The notes below the pieces were generated by a model. It was not told where the DNA came from, ran no database searches, and saw only the letters and a program-made list of their open reading frames with translations. The translations under genes were made by a program, and so were the position numbers. Positions 18,971 through 19,765 of a DNA stretch of 19,765 nucleotides are shown in pieces. Position 1 is the first letter of the stretch, and each line of letters starts with the position of its first letter. The stretch lies in assembly GCF_006345805.1 (NCBI RefSeq), contig NW_021824166.1, forward strand, positions 1 through 19,765, read 5' to 3'. The DNA is from Octopus sinensis. Lineage: Eukaryota.

Positions 18971-19653
18971 TACACCTGCCAAATCCTGATGAACGCCACA
19001 GAGAATGTTTTTCTTGATGCCATTTAACACCAGGCCAACCACTAAGGCGTAGGGTCTGGCGAAGCTGGAAATAATTTTGGAAATGTGTCCGTCCGTTTCA
19101 AAGAAATTAGAATATAATTCAAACATGCGTTGGTTGCTATTTCTATCACGTTGAACTCCACCTTCCCCCATCATCGCTGGTTCGAGGTTACCTTCAATTT
19201 AATCCTATAGTCACCACCAAAAACTACGATTATGCAAGTAGAGATTAAGCAATACAGTGACCCTAATGTAGCTAACTGTTAAACTGTAAAGTATGTAGAG
19301 AAAACATGTAATACGATGGTGAAATATGCATGCATTCACAATATTGAGGACGTTGTAAATACAGTTATCGCCATGGTGATACCGAATGATCTCATCTTTA
19401 CTACTCCATAGCGTCTTTAAGTAATTATAGCATCTCGTTCGTCCAAATATTTGACGTAATTATTTTTTTTTTCATTCACATTATGAAGATTACGTTGACG
19501 AACTGATAAAGCCGTCAAACGATGATGGCGTTTTTATCAACATGATACGTAGTTTGATAATAAATATGTATCAAGATATGTCTGAGAAAGGAGAGTGATG
19601 TACATACACATGCGTCCTAAATATAAATTTCTGCATTATATTTCGGCTTTGAA

Positions 19654-19701
19654 TGTATGTGTATGTATATATATACATATGTGTATGTATAATATATATA
19701 T

Positions 19702-19744
<43 letters not shown>

Positions 19745-19755
19745 TATATCTATAT
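19654..19755. repeat. (TA)n/(TATG)n microsatellite
   Basis: Seen directly. Confidence 0.95.
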
Positions 19756-19765
19756 CACTGATCAC

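Noticed and set aside
18985-19015. CTGATGA box
   Set aside because: No GAAA or pairing stems in register; adjacent to a GAT-rich tract.
18472-19023. Low-complexity ORFs (183 aa minus, 104 aa plus) as exons
   Set aside because: Degenerate triplet repeat open in several frames and on both strands; no domain or splice evidence.
19751-19765. tatatcactgatcac as the inverted 3' end of the SINE seen at 1-164
   Set aside because: It resembles the reverse complement of gtgatcacggtgatata, but only 15 nt are visible at the window edge.

Overview
Eukaryotic, AT-rich, non-coding (intronic or intergenic) window with no credible host protein-coding gene. Nearly every long ORF in the track is a translation artefact of (CA)n/(TA)n/(TAA)n/(TATC)n microsatellites. 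The repeat families and microsatellite load resemble a cephalopod (Octopus-like) genome; this is pattern recognition, not verified. The window is a mosaic of decayed mobile elements: several tRNA-derived SINE families, two non-autonomous Helitron-like elements, five fragments of restriction-like-endonuclease (R4/Dong-type) LINEs (most next to (TAA)n/(GAT)n tracts), an RTE-clade LINE 3' end with a ~0.4-kb tandem duplication, an L1/Tx1 zinc-finger remnant and a possible Tc1/mariner fossil. The most interesting signal is five short cassettes carrying minimal type-I hammerhead-ribozyme folds, typical of Penelope-like elements or retrozymes. One has a canonical core (335-410), one has an apparent compensatory C3G/G8C core swap (4893-4937), and three are decayed. 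Each lies ~85-160 nt upstream of an end that abuts TA-rich or simple-repeat sequence.
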